The notes under the pieces are model-generated. The model was not told the DNA's origin. It worked only from the letters and a program-made list of their open reading frames with translations, and ran no database searches. Positions 25,508 to 35,899 of a stretch of 64,000 bases of DNA are shown here, in pieces. Origin of the DNA: Candidatus Omnitrophota bacterium (GTDB taxonomy: Bacteria > Omnitrophota > Gorgyraeia > Zapsychrales > JANLHA01); contig OY759724.1 of the NCBI GenBank assembly GCA_963662715.1, positions 1,754,662-1,818,661 of the forward strand. The letters are read 5' to 3'. The position numbers were made by a program, and so were the translations under genes. Every line of letters begins with the position of its first letter. Position 1 is the stretch's first letter.

Positions 25508-25858
25508 GTGATGAAAATGCTCTTTTCCCCTTGTTCTTGTCCCCGGGCCGTCTCCGGCTGTTTCATGATTGGGTTTGTCCTGACGCTTTTTTTGAATTTG
25601 TTCTCATCCCATGCCTTTGCGCAGTCAACCACGGAGTATCTTATGTTACAAAGTCAAGTGGCGGGGGGCCTCCAGCAGGAGGCTTCTCAAAGGGGGAGAG
25701 TTTACGCCGGGCCGCAAGATATTCGAGAGTCGGGCCGGATGGATTCGAGAAACCAAGTTCATCATTCCTTTAAAAATATTTTAGAACAATTGACTCCCGT
25801 GCAGATTTGTGTGGCATTGGTTTTGCTGGCGTTTTTGTGGCTGTTTTTGCACAAATAA
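25508..25858 (+). CDS. small membrane/secreted protein
   Basis: Hydrophobic N- and C-terminal segments. Confidence 0.3.
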   Translation: MMKMLFSPCSCPRAVSGCFMIGFVLTLFLNLFSSHAFAQSTTEYLMLQSQVAGGLQQEASQRGRVYAGPQDIRESGRMDSRNQVHHSFKNILEQLTPVQICVALVLLAFLWLFLHK

Positions 25859-26250
25859 TGTTGACAGCGTCAGCGCAATATTATGCGTACGAATGATAAA
25901 AATTAAAGCCAAGCGCCCGGCCGTATGTTATGATGAGTTTTATCGTTAACGACTCGGGAAGCACTTTTGGGAGACAGCTCCCGCCTTTTACGGAGCTGGC
26001 ACGCCGGACTTCGTGAAACAAGAAGAGTCATGCAGAATTGCGGGATAAACGAAGTTATCAAGGTTGTTATATTGTTTGCCGTTGCTTATCTTCCGGGATT
26101 GTGGGTTGTGAAGAAATGATTCTTCTGCTTTGCATTGCCTTTATGACAGAGCCCTGCAGAAGAAGATCAAAAATTTTAGCCACCGCCTTTGCCGCTGTTG
26201 ATAGACCGGAAGACAGACTTTTTTTAACTTAAACATTTCAATTATGGAAA

Positions 26251-27561
26251 ATGACCAACATGATGAACTCAAGCCGTCCGGCTTCCGGCCGTAATTTGCT
26301 GTGTTGTTTTGTCCTCGTCCTGAGCTTGGCCTTGTTCCCGGGGAATGATGCCGGAGCCATCACAGACGAGGGCGCCGATATTTTTGAACAGTCAAAAAAG
26401 AGCGTCTTTCAAATTCGTGTTATTGATTTGGCCAGTGATGAAAAATCAACAACGGGGTCAGGGTTTTATATCAGTCCCCAGGGGCATATGATTACAAACT
26501 ACCATGTCGTTTCAGAATATGTCATGAAACCTGACCGCTACAGCATCAAATTTATTAATGAGGACGGGACTTCCGGAGATCTGAGCCTTCTGGGGATTGA
26601 TGTTATTCATGATTTGGCCATTTTGACCACCGGCCAAGAGACGGATTTTTTTCTCCGCCTGGGCAATTCCCAAATATTCAAAGGGGAACGTATTTTCAGC
26701 ATGGGCAACCCGCATGATCTCGGCATGTCTATTATTGAGGGCACATTCAACGGTTTGATGGAGAAATCCATGTACCGCAAGATTCTTTTTTCCGCGTCTT
26801 TGAACCCCGGGATGAGCGGCGGCCCGGCATTAAACCGCAACGGGGAGGTTGTCGGGATTAATGTTTCAACGATGGGCAACGATGTCAGTTTTTTAGTGCC
26901 GGTGGAATTCTTGACAGCTCTTTATCATGATGTCAAGGCGCAGGTGGCAAGTCCTGTCGCAGAATGGGAAAGCATTATAGAAAAACAGCTTTTGTCCCAG
27001 CAGGACCAGTTTATTGCGGATCTGTTGGCGTCTGAATGGGAGCATTTGACTCTGGGGGATATGTTCATCCCGGGAGAAATTGCTGTCCCGATCAAGTGCT
27101 GGGGGAATTCGATGGACAAGGAAAAAGAATTGATGGTCAAAGTCCGAACGTCCTGCAGCAGTGAGGACAGCGTATATCTGAATCATGAGGTGTACACGGC
27201 TTATTATTCTTTTTGGTTCCTGCATCATACCAGCAAGGGGATGAACACGTTCCGTTTTTATAATCATCTTGTTGATGATTATGTGGGCGCTTTTTCCTAT
27301 TATGATGAAGATGATGAGTTTTTCACCAAATTCCAATGCCGTAATGATTTTGTGAAAATAGCCGGCAGGAATTGGAAGGCGGCTTTATGCGTCAGGAAGT
27401 ATAAAAAATTCCAGCAGCTTTTTGACCTTAACCTGGTCATGAGTACCGTTGATGAATTTGATAATGGTTTGATGGGGGCCTTCGTGGTGAGGGGCGTCGG
27501 GAAGAAAGCCGGGCAAGCTTTGATCCGGAGGTTTATGGAGGAAATACAGTGCCAAAAATAA
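26251..27561 (+). CDS. trypsin-like (S1/S1C) serine protease with ~220-aa C-terminal extension
   Basis: Signal/TM. His (ITNYHVV), Asp (HDLAIL) and Ser (NPGMSGGPAL) catalytic-triad contexts. Confidence 0.65.
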   Translation: MTNMMNSSRPASGRNLLCCFVLVLSLALFPGNDAGAITDEGADIFEQSKKSVFQIRVIDLASDEKSTTGSGFYISPQGHMITNYHVVSEYVMKPDRYSIKFINEDGTSGDLSLLGIDVIHDLAILTTGQETDFFLRLGNSQIFKGERIFSMGNPHDLGMSIIEGTFNGLMEKSMYRKILFSASLNPGMSGGPALNRNGEVVGINVSTMGNDVSFLVPVEFLTALYHDVKAQVASPVAEWESIIEKQLLSQQDQFIADLLASEWEHLTLGDMFIPGEIAVPIKCWGNSMDKEKELMVKVRTSCSSEDSVYLNHEVYTAYYSFWFLHHTSKGMNTFRFYNHLVDDYVGAFSYYDEDDEFFTKFQCRNDFVKIAGRNWKAALCVRKYKKFQQLFDLNLVMSTVDEFDNGLMGAFVVRGVGKKAGQALIRRFMEEIQCQK

Positions 27562-28511
27562 TTGTCGAAATCACCCCGGATTCCAAGTCTGTGAGAGAAT
27601 ATAAGGTTTTTGACTCCGAAGAAGTGTGTGTCGGCAGGGGCTTTGATTGTGACGTTATCCTTCAGGATGTTTATGTCGCGGCACGACATCTGCTCATCAC
27701 CCGTACCGGGGACAGCATCAAAGTCAAAGACCTTGGTTCCGAGAACGGGACGTTTCTGCCCCCAGCAGAGCGGGTTAATCCCGAGGCCACGCTTTTATCA
27801 GGGGATGAGGTGACTTTGGGGAAAACCAGGCTGCGGATTTATCTTGACTCCCATCCTGTCCCGGCTGCCCGTATCTTATATGAACGTCATAAATTTTTAA
27901 AGCTCGCAGGAAAACCTCTGGTGGCTTGGGGCTGGGTGGGGGTCATGATGGGCTTTACCTTGCTGGAAGTGTATTGCCACACAACGAAAAATGAGGATTT
28001 TATTAAACTGCTTTCCACCCCGATTGTGGTCTTCTGCACGATTTTGCTGTGGGGAGGGTTTTGGGCTTTTATCGGGCGATTGCTTCGGCATAAAGTTTAT
28101 TTTTATGAACACCTTTCGGTGTGTTGCGCCTGGCTTTTTTCCAGCGCGGTGCTGGAAAATATCATTGACTATATGAGTTTCTATGCCAACAGCAAGTTGC
28201 TGAACACGATTTGCGCTTATATCCTCAACAGCGGGCTTTTTATCATCACATTGTTTGCGAGTTTGACGTTCTCGACGAATATGAGCAGAGCGAAGAAGAT
28301 CACGTTTGCCAGTATTTTTACTTTTGTCCTGGTTGCCTCTTTTGCCGGCCTGAAGTTGTCGGCTTCAAAGTATTATACATGGGCGCCCCCCTACGATACG
28401 ATCCTTAAACCGCCTGTTTTAGGGTCCCGGAACGGACGCCCCATTGAAGAGTTCATTGAGAATACAGATCCTTTGTTTATATTTAAGGAAGAAGAAAAAA
28501 CCGTTAAATAA
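27549..28511 (+). CDS. FHA-domain membrane protein
   Basis: N-terminal FHA (CVGRGFDCDVIL...SENGTF) followed by 5-6 TM helices. Start overlaps the protease stop by 13 bp. Confidence 0.6.
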   Translation: MPKIIVEITPDSKSVREYKVFDSEEVCVGRGFDCDVILQDVYVAARHLLITRTGDSIKVKDLGSENGTFLPPAERVNPEATLLSGDEVTLGKTRLRIYLDSHPVPAARILYERHKFLKLAGKPLVAWGWVGVMMGFTLLEVYCHTTKNEDFIKLLSTPIVVFCTILLWGGFWAFIGRLLRHKVYFYEHLSVCCAWLFSSAVLENIIDYMSFYANSKLLNTICAYILNSGLFIITLFASLTFSTNMSRAKKITFASIFTFVLVASFAGLKLSASKYYTWAPPYDTILKPPVLGSRNGRPIEEFIENTDPLFIFKEEEKTVK

Positions 28512-28610
28512 CCTCCCCAGGGAACATAACGTATGCGTTGCCTGCCACCGCGGAACGTCCTGTGCCGGTTTGAGCCTTCACCCTGGGGGCAAAAAAACAG
28601 GAGGTGTTGC

Positions 28611-28857
28611 CATGTCTATTCCGGTCATTCGTGATGTGTTGTTTGTGTGCTTTATGATTAATTTTGGACTATTGCTGTGGTGGTTCTGTATGTTTATTTT
28701 TGCGCATGATTTGATATATAAGATGCACAGCCGGTGGTTCAAAATTTCTGCGGAGAAATTTGATGCGATTCATTATGCCGGGATTGCTTGCTATAAAATA
28801 GGCATCTTTTTTTTCAACGTCGTCCCTTTTTTCGCCCTGCAAGTGGTCGGCGATTAG
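28611..28857 (+). CDS. small membrane protein
   Basis: Internal ATG after GGAGG. Two TM helices. Confidence 0.3.
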
Positions 28858-28875
28858 AAATAATGAATAACGGAC

Positions 28876-29523
28876 GTGGGTTATCCCCGCATGAAATTTT
28901 TTGATCATCCCCGGATTCGGGATTTGGGGCAGGCATCAGCTCCTTATTGGGCTGTTTTCATAGGATTGTATTGTTTCCGGAACGCCTGGTTCAGTTTGCT
29001 TTTATATCATTTCCAAATTGTTCTATACGCATGTTTTTTAAAGCCGGACATTAAGAAGATATTGTGCTCCGGGTTTTCCGGAAAAGAATTTTTACGCTTT
29101 GTCCTGCCGGTTGCGCTGCTCGGGCCATTTCTTTTTTATTTTCTGCCCGTGATGATGTGTGAACACGTTTCTCTGGCCGGGTGGTTGCAGTCGTACGGCC
29201 TGACCGAGAAAACGTTTTTTTGGCTCTTCCCGTATTTCGGAGGCATTCATCCCGTCCTGGAGGAAATTCACTGGTCGCGGTTCCGGGGAAGGGGACGTTT
29301 TTCCTGGATGATGTATGTCCTGTTTGCCGGATACCATGTCCTGGTCCTCGGCGATGTATTAAAGCCCCTGGGGCTGGCGGCCTGTTTTTTTGTCCTTGTT
29401 GCAGCCGCTTGTGTTTGGGATTTTCTTTATGTCAAATTGAAAGGGGGCTGTATCCCTTTTTTGTCGCACCTTGCCGGAGATCTCGGGATTATCGGAGCGG
29501 CGGTTGTCCTCCTTCGCGGGTAA
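28876..29523 (+). CDS. CPBP family intramembrane glutamic endopeptidase (CAAX protease/Abi-like)
   Basis: Motif 1 EEIHWSRFRG (EExxxR). Motif 2 FAGYH (FxxxH). Motif 3 SHLAGD (HxxxD). Polytopic. Confidence 0.55.
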   Translation: MGYPRMKFFDHPRIRDLGQASAPYWAVFIGLYCFRNAWFSLLLYHFQIVLYACFLKPDIKKILCSGFSGKEFLRFVLPVALLGPFLFYFLPVMMCEHVSLAGWLQSYGLTEKTFFWLFPYFGGIHPVLEEIHWSRFRGRGRFSWMMYVLFAGYHVLVLGDVLKPLGLAACFFVLVAAACVWDFLYVKLKGGCIPFLSHLAGDLGIIGAAVVLLRG

Positions 29524-29622
29524 TACAACAGGGCCGGCGAGAGAAATGAGGCCCTGTTTCGTCATTTTGGGAAAATGTCGGCGGGAACGCCAATAAAATA
29601 AAAGAAGACGGCATCGGCGGGG

Positions 29623-30264
29623 ATGCCGGATATAATATCACTCCCTGTTTATGTGCTTATGAACCAAATGCAAGATATTCTCCGGTCGTTTTACCATCCG
29701 ACAGTGAATTCTTTTTTTTCTGCGGAAATTTTTCATATCAATATTAATATTGTATTGCTCTGCCTGTTTTTGCTTGTAACCATCAGTTTCTATGTGGGGC
29801 AGTCTGTATTATCCCGCAAATGGCCCCGGATGTTCCTGTCTCCCTGGATGTTTAAGGGGCTGTTTGGCATTTTTATTTTGTATTCCTGCTGTCAGCTGCC
29901 CGGAATGCATTATTATTTTAAGAAAGGCCTGGCCTTTTCCGAAAAGCCGGAAAGAGAAAGGACCGCCGCTCTTTTTGGGGACAGGTACCTGTTCCCGGAG
30001 AAAGCCCGGGAGATGCTCCCTGACGGATGCCGCGCGGATTTGGAGACGGATTTAAATGTCTCTGCCGACCCGGGCATGCTGCATCACCGCGTTTTAAGCT
30101 ATTTTCTTTATCCGATTGATATCCGGGGTGTTCAGGACGGGCCGAAAAACTGTATGATATTTTTTCAGAAAGAAGGGGCTGCTGCCCGGGTGCCCGAAGA
30201 TTATGACGTCCTGTTTATGTATAACTCTGAGAATCTGCTGGCTGTTAAGAAGGAAAACCGTTAA
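29623..30264 (+). CDS. membrane hypothetical protein
   Basis: N-terminal TM helices. 213 aa. Confidence 0.35.
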   Translation: MPDIISLPVYVLMNQMQDILRSFYHPTVNSFFSAEIFHININIVLLCLFLLVTISFYVGQSVLSRKWPRMFLSPWMFKGLFGIFILYSCCQLPGMHYYFKKGLAFSEKPERERTAALFGDRYLFPEKAREMLPDGCRADLETDLNVSADPGMLHHRVLSYFLYPIDIRGVQDGPKNCMIFFQKEGAAARVPEDYDVLFMYNSENLLAVKKENR

Positions 30265-30267
30265 ATT

Positions 30268-31644
30268 ATGTTTTTTGCCGCATTCAAAGCCTTTATAATC
30301 GTCTATGCTTTTGGTTTATCCTTGACCCGTTTTCTGCTCGGCCGCCTCCGGGTCGGACGCTTGCTGGAATGGAGCCTGGCTTACGGCCTCGGTCTGGGAT
30401 TATTTTCTTACTGGATGTTTGCGGTCGGAGTCCTTCGGATTCCGTATTCTTTCTCGGTCCTTGCGTTCCCTGTTCTGACGCTTACAGTCTTTATCTTTTT
30501 TTTCTCGTGGAGAAAACCGGCCGGGGCTGTCCCTGCCGTTCCCCCGGAAAAAGACAAAAACGGCTGTCGTGATATCTTGTGCCTGCTGGGAGTCCTTTAT
30601 ATATGCTGGAATTTGGCTTATGTTTTCAACCTGGCTTTGAACACCCCTGTTAAAAGCTGGGATGAATTGGCGACAGTGGCTTTTAAGGCCAAGGTTGTTT
30701 TTTTTGATCATTCGCTGAGATACCTGAAAAATTTGCCGCACACCGCTTATCCGCTTCATGTCCCGCTGTCGGAAGCATGGGTGGCCCTTTGTGCGGGGCA
30801 GTGGAATGATTATGTTATCAAGCTTTTTTTCCCGTTAGCGTATGTCTCTTTTCTGGGCATTCATTTTAGTTTTTTAAAAGAATTGACGAACACCCGCTGG
30901 GCCGTGCTTGGCGTTGTTCTGCTGATTTCTTCCAATTTATTCACTTTGCATGCCACAATATCTTACCGTGATTTTTTTGTCGCTTATTACAATTGCACGG
31001 CTGTTTATGTTTTGCTTCTATGGAGAAGGCGTAATGACGTTCCTTTATTGATCCTGTCCTCTGTCTTTGCGGCGCTCGCGGCCTGGACAAAAATTGAAGG
31101 GACGATATATTTATTTATTGTTCTGTTTGTTCTTCTAGCCATCGTGGCAGAGAAGAAAGCGGGCTTTCGGCCTGTAAGGCTGCGGCCCCTGATGCGTTTT
31201 GTCCCTGTCCCGTTGTTTTTGGTGGGAGGGCATCATTTATACCGCATTTTACTGGCTATTGAAATTGAAAAGAAATCCCGGCTGGTTTTTCAAGGCCCGG
31301 TGCTGGAGAGATTCCTGGATTTCTGGGAGAAGTTTGCCTTGGACATTTTCGGTTCGGCTAACTGGAATATCGTTTGGATTTTATTGTTGGTCAGTCTGCC
31401 GAATATCCGGGCATGGAGGAGCTGTAAAGAGATCAGATTCCTTTTTCTTGCACTTTGTTTGTTCATCGGAAATTTGGCTTTTCTTTCCACGTTCACAGAA
31501 AGTTATGTTTATATCGGAGGCCATCAGTGGATCACAGGCCTGCCGCGCCTGATCCTGCATTTTTATCCCCTGGCCCCGGCCTTGATCGTCTTGCTGAATG
31601 CCCCGTTGAAACCGTTGGCCTCCGCTCAAGGAAGCAGGTCATGA
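30268..31644 (+). CDS. polytopic membrane protein, possible GT-C-type glycosyltransferase
   Basis: 12 or more hydrophobic helices. 458 aa. No catalytic motif confirmed. Confidence 0.35.
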   Translation: MFFAAFKAFIIVYAFGLSLTRFLLGRLRVGRLLEWSLAYGLGLGLFSYWMFAVGVLRIPYSFSVLAFPVLTLTVFIFFFSWRKPAGAVPAVPPEKDKNGCRDILCLLGVLYICWNLAYVFNLALNTPVKSWDELATVAFKAKVVFFDHSLRYLKNLPHTAYPLHVPLSEAWVALCAGQWNDYVIKLFFPLAYVSFLGIHFSFLKELTNTRWAVLGVVLLISSNLFTLHATISYRDFFVAYYNCTAVYVLLLWRRRNDVPLLILSSVFAALAAWTKIEGTIYLFIVLFVLLAIVAEKKAGFRPVRLRPLMRFVPVPLFLVGGHHLYRILLAIEIEKKSRLVFQGPVLERFLDFWEKFALDIFGSANWNIVWILLLVSLPNIRAWRSCKEIRFLFLALCLFIGNLAFLSTFTESYVYIGGHQWITGLPRLILHFYPLAPALIVLLNAPLKPLASAQGSRS

Positions 31645-31859
31645 TTGACAGGGAGACGGCTGCGGCAAGAAATGTCCGGGGGCCTGAAGTGTTGTGGAGA
31701 TGGTGGACCCGGGCGGTGAAGCCGGGACGAAACCGGGTTATAAAAACATATGGGTGCGGATTCTGAATTACCGGTGTTATCCTTAAACAGGTTTTAGCTG
31801 TAAAGACAGCGGAGCTTTGGTCCGGTTCCGCCGGAGGAAATAATAGGAGATGATTTCTT

Positions 31860-32558
31860 GTGACTTTTCAGTATAATAATATTGTGCCTTGGGGGCGGAA
31901 TTTTGATGAATATGTCCGTATGTTTGATTTGCAGGAACATGAATGCCGCCTGAAAATTTTAGGATGCGGGGACGGACCGGCCAGTTTCAATCACGAATGT
32001 CGTCAGCGGGGCGGCCGTGTTGTGTCGGTCGACCCGATTTACGCTTGTTCGCGGGCGGAAATCGAGCAGCGTATCCGGGACGTTTTTCCGGATGTCTTAA
32101 AACAGGCGGAAAGCCGGAAAGAAAAATTTGTCTGGACCACAATCAGATCCGTTGAAGAATTAGGCGCCGTCCGCATGGCGGCCATGACAGTGTTCTTGAA
32201 TTCTTATGAGGAGGGAAAGAAAGATAAAAGGTACATCCCGGCGTCTTTGCCGGAGCTGCCTTTTGCCGACAATTCCTTTGATCTTGCGTTAAGCTCCCAT
32301 TTCCTTTTTTTGTATTCAGAGAACCTGTCTTATGAATTTCACGAACAGGCGGTGCGGGAGATGCTCCGGGTAGCCCGGGAAGCGAGGATTTTTCCTCTGC
32401 TGGATATGGAGGGGCGAAAGTCTCCTTACGTGGACAGACTTTTGACAGATTTCAAGGATTACGATATTGAGATAAGAAAAGTGAATTATGAATTTCAGGC
32501 CGGCGGGAATGAAGTGTTTGTTGTGAGGAAAGCCCGGCAGGCTATCAGAGATAAATAA
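31860..32558 (+). CDS. SAM-dependent methyltransferase-like protein
   Basis: ILGCGDGPASF glycine-rich motif-I-like. 232 aa. Confidence 0.4.
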   Translation: MTFQYNNIVPWGRNFDEYVRMFDLQEHECRLKILGCGDGPASFNHECRQRGGRVVSVDPIYACSRAEIEQRIRDVFPDVLKQAESRKEKFVWTTIRSVEELGAVRMAAMTVFLNSYEEGKKDKRYIPASLPELPFADNSFDLALSSHFLFLYSENLSYEFHEQAVREMLRVAREARIFPLLDMEGRKSPYVDRLLTDFKDYDIEIRKVNYEFQAGGNEVFVVRKARQAIRDK

Positions 32559-32595
32559 TAGAGGTCCGTTCAGCCTTGATGAGGAGGGATGAGGA

Positions 32596-33351
32596 ATGAA
32601 AAAGAAATATTTCTTTGGCATTAAAAATCAGCAGGTGGGCCCGTTGGACGCGGATTTGATCAAGAAGCATATTGTCGAAGGCGCCATTACCGAAGATACG
32701 CTGGCCTGGTGCAAGGGCATGAAGACCTGGCAGCCGGTCCGCAACATCCCGGAACTCGTCGAAACATTCGGGGCATTATTGGACGAACATATTAAGCCTC
32801 CGCCTTTGCCGAAGACGCCTCTTCCGGAAAAGCCTCCGGTTCCTCCGCCTTTACCCAAGAGTCCCGAGGTTAGGACGGCCGGCGTCGTGCCGGAAAAGCC
32901 GGCTGCGGCGACAGAAAATCAGGATGACGGGGAACCGGAAGGATTGAGTCCTCTTCACCAAAACGCGTACCGTTTTGTCACCTGGTGTTTCCGCAGGGGG
33001 AAAGGCCGCTCGGTGATCCTGGACTATGTTGATAAAGACCCGCGCCGGGCCCTTTCGGTCGCCGTGCTGACGGTGTTTTGTTTGACGACTCTTTTGCTGT
33101 TTTCTGTAACGGTTGTCATGGAATCCGTGGAAGAAGGCCAGGATTATGAGCGCATGCCGGTCCTGCAGCAGGGGGGGGCGCCGCAGGGCTCGGGAGACTG
33201 GCAGCGCAGATACCAGATCTGGCAGGAACAGCAGCGGGACTCGCAGCGTGTTATGGATGATGTGTATCAGTATAAACGTGATTCACAGGACAGGATGGAT
33301 GAGACTTACCGTCGGGCCAATTATGACTGGTATCAGGACAAAAATGATTGA
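32596..33351 (+). CDS. DUF4339 (GYF-like) domain membrane protein with Pro-rich and Gln-rich regions
   Basis: YFFGIKNQQVGPLDADLIKKHIVEGAITEDTLAWCKGMKTWQPVRNIPEL. PPLPKTPLPEKPPVPPPLPK linker. TM helix. Confidence 0.5.
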   Translation: MKKKYFFGIKNQQVGPLDADLIKKHIVEGAITEDTLAWCKGMKTWQPVRNIPELVETFGALLDEHIKPPPLPKTPLPEKPPVPPPLPKSPEVRTAGVVPEKPAAATENQDDGEPEGLSPLHQNAYRFVTWCFRRGKGRSVILDYVDKDPRRALSVAVLTVFCLTTLLLFSVTVVMESVEEGQDYERMPVLQQGGAPQGSGDWQRRYQIWQEQQRDSQRVMDDVYQYKRDSQDRMDETYRRANYDWYQDKND

Positions 33352-33402
33352 GCCGGGCGCCGGATATGTCCCTCGTCCCGAAATGATTCAAGGACAGCCG
33401 TC

Positions 33403-34101
33403 ATGACAAATCTTATGGAATATGATATCGCTGTGGGGCCCACGTTTGCTCCCTTGCCGTTTTATGATCAGATATTTTTTAAAGGGTTGATTTCCAATCA
33501 TGTCCAGCTGTTTGAAGCCTTGAAAGAGGGGGAGGTTGATTCCGTTTTTGCCGTCAATATTATACGCCAGGATGAAAAATTTGTCTGGGAATCGTGCCTG
33601 GACCTGCTGAACGTCAGCATAGAATCCGGGTCACAGCTTGTCCGGGGTGTTTATCATTTTAATTTGCTGAATTTTGATGTCCATAAGGAATTGCAAACCT
33701 TTAATACTCAGGAACTGACTCATTTGCTGGTCAGCCGGTCCAGGCGTTTGGCTCCGGGGCAACAAAAGCTCATCAAGTACAGTTCCCTTTACGGATTGCT
33801 GCAAAAGCTGGTTGAAGAGGAGTGGGGAAAGATTATTTTTAAAGCTGCGGTCGAAGTTTTTCCTCATCCTGCGGAGAAACTGGACCTGTATATCAAGAAA
33901 ATTTATAAACTTATGGAAGCGGTCGACACAAGAAAAATTGCGGTCATTAACGATTTGAGTCAAACGCCGCTTTATGATCAGACGAATACCGTTCAGCAGG
34001 ACAGATTAGCTAAAGAAATCCGTCAAGGAGATCTCTTCCATTCCGTACCGGATATTATTATTCATGACAAAAACGGGCATAGGGTTTTAAACCACGCATA
34101 A
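33403..34101 (+). CDS. hypothetical protein
   Basis: 232-aa ORF. No motifs recognised. Confidence 0.35.
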   Translation: MTNLMEYDIAVGPTFAPLPFYDQIFFKGLISNHVQLFEALKEGEVDSVFAVNIIRQDEKFVWESCLDLLNVSIESGSQLVRGVYHFNLLNFDVHKELQTFNTQELTHLLVSRSRRLAPGQQKLIKYSSLYGLLQKLVEEEWGKIIFKAAVEVFPHPAEKLDLYIKKIYKLMEAVDTRKIAVINDLSQTPLYDQTNTVQQDRLAKEIRQGDLFHSVPDIIIHDKNGHRVLNHA

Positions 34102-34122
34102 GCCGTCGCCCCTTGTTAAAAA

Positions 34123-35067
34123 ATGAAACTGTCCGATTCATCGAAGTCACAATATTTCCCCTGGATTTTTTTCTGGTTGGCTTTACTCGGGCCCGGCCTT
34201 GGCTGGTTCGGGCGCTGGCACTGGTTTCTTGATTTGTTCAGCCATTTCCGCCTCCAGCAGCTCGGTATGCTGATTTTCAGTATCCCTTTTTTGATCCTTT
34301 GGAAAAAACGCCTGCTACTGGTTATGGCCCTGGCCGTTATTTTTTCTGCGGGATGGCCTCTGCAGGCGTACTGGCCTAAGCCCGATAGCAAAAGGGCCGC
34401 CCCGGCCCGACAGCTTAAGATCGTATATGCTAATGTCAATGTCGCGAATCTCCGGTATGAAAGCATAGGGGATTTTTTCGAACGGGAAACGGCTGATATC
34501 CTGGTCATTTCGGAGATCAGCCAGAAGCTTTTTGAGGCTTTGACTCCGATATTGAAAGATTACCCTTTCCGGGAGGTCATTCCCCGGGAAGATTGTTTCG
34601 GTTTGGCCGTATTCTCCCGCCTCCCGGTGAAGAGCATGCAGGCCAGGTATTTGGGAGAGGCGCAACTTCCTTCCATTAAATGTGTTATTGCCCGGGAGCC
34701 TCAGGATATCGTCCTCTGGGCAACGCATCCGGTTCCGCCTATGGGGCAAAGAGGCTGGGAAATGAGGAATGAACAGCTGCTCATTCTGGCTGAAGAGATC
34801 AAGGGGGACAGCCGTCCGCATATCGTGGTCGGTGATCTGAACACCGCGCCTTGGTGCTATTGGTTTGATGTCCTGCTCAACAAGACCATGAAGGATTCTT
34901 CTTTAGCCCGGGGCATCATTCCTACCTGGCCGGCCTATTTCCCGTTCTTTTTAAGAATTCCTCTGGACCATATTTTAATCGGCCGGGACATCGGGGTTTT
35001 GGAGCGTAACGTTTTGCCGGTGTCCGGCTCTGACCATCATTCGGTTTCTCTTGTAATAGGACTATAA
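34123..35067 (+). CDS. endonuclease/exonuclease/phosphatase (EEP) family membrane protein
   Basis: N-terminal TM helices. VVGDLNTAPW and SDHHSV motifs of the EEP fold. Confidence 0.6.
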   Translation: MKLSDSSKSQYFPWIFFWLALLGPGLGWFGRWHWFLDLFSHFRLQQLGMLIFSIPFLILWKKRLLLVMALAVIFSAGWPLQAYWPKPDSKRAAPARQLKIVYANVNVANLRYESIGDFFERETADILVISEISQKLFEALTPILKDYPFREVIPREDCFGLAVFSRLPVKSMQARYLGEAQLPSIKCVIAREPQDIVLWATHPVPPMGQRGWEMRNEQLLILAEEIKGDSRPHIVVGDLNTAPWCYWFDVLLNKTMKDSSLARGIIPTWPAYFPFFLRIPLDHILIGRDIGVLERNVLPVSGSDHHSVSLVIGL

Positions 35068-35144
35068 CTATAATTAATATCAAATATTATAGCATTTGCC
35101 GATACGCTTTATTCATTGACGCTTTTCTTCATTTATGATAGTTT

Positions 35145-35840
35145 ATGGCAATGATTCAGGAAAATCTTTCAGCTCTGCGAGCTGATATTATGAAAATTTG
35201 CCAGGCCTGCGGACGGAATCCGGAAGATATCACTCTGGTGGGTGTCACTAAGTTTGCGACAGGCGAAGATATCCGTGAAGCCATCCAGGCCGGATTAACC
35301 GATATCGGTGAAAATAAGGCCCAGGTGGCGCGGGATAAGTTTTTGACGTTAAAAGATTTAACCGCCAGGGTGAAGAAACATATGATCGGGCACCTGCAGA
35401 CGAACAAGGTGAAACTGGTGCTGGATCTTTTTGATATGATTCAGTCTGTTGACAGCCTGCATCTGGCGCAGGAAATTCAGAAACAAGCGGAGAAAAGGCA
35501 GCACCGCACGGACATTCTGATTCAAGTGGATTGTGCCGGCGAAGAGCAAAAATTCGGTGTTCCGGAACAGGAAGCTATGGGGCTGATAGAGCAGGTCTCC
35601 CGGATGAACCGCATCAGGATTTGCGGTTTAATGACGATCGCGCCCTTTACGGAAGATACAGAAGTGATCCGGAACTGTTTCAGGAAAGCAAAGGCCCTTT
35701 ACGATAAAGCCGGGACGGAATTCCGTCCGGTTCCTCATGTTGAGCTGAGATATTTATCGATGGGCATGACCCATGATTATACGATTGCCATTCAGGAAGG
35801 GAGCAATATGCTACGGATCGGGACAGCCATATTCCGTTGA
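35145..35840 (+). CDS. yggS: YggS family pyridoxal phosphate homeostasis protein
   Basis: LVGVTKF, GENKAQ, HLQTNK and MGMTHD blocks. Confidence 0.8.
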   Translation: MAMIQENLSALRADIMKICQACGRNPEDITLVGVTKFATGEDIREAIQAGLTDIGENKAQVARDKFLTLKDLTARVKKHMIGHLQTNKVKLVLDLFDMIQSVDSLHLAQEIQKQAEKRQHRTDILIQVDCAGEEQKFGVPEQEAMGLIEQVSRMNRIRICGLMTIAPFTEDTEVIRNCFRKAKALYDKAGTEFRPVPHVELRYLSMGMTHDYTIAIQEGSNMLRIGTAIFR

Positions 35841-35899
35841 CAGCCGCATACCCGGAAATCATTTTATTTAATTTACCGCGATAAGGGGATGGAGGAAGC

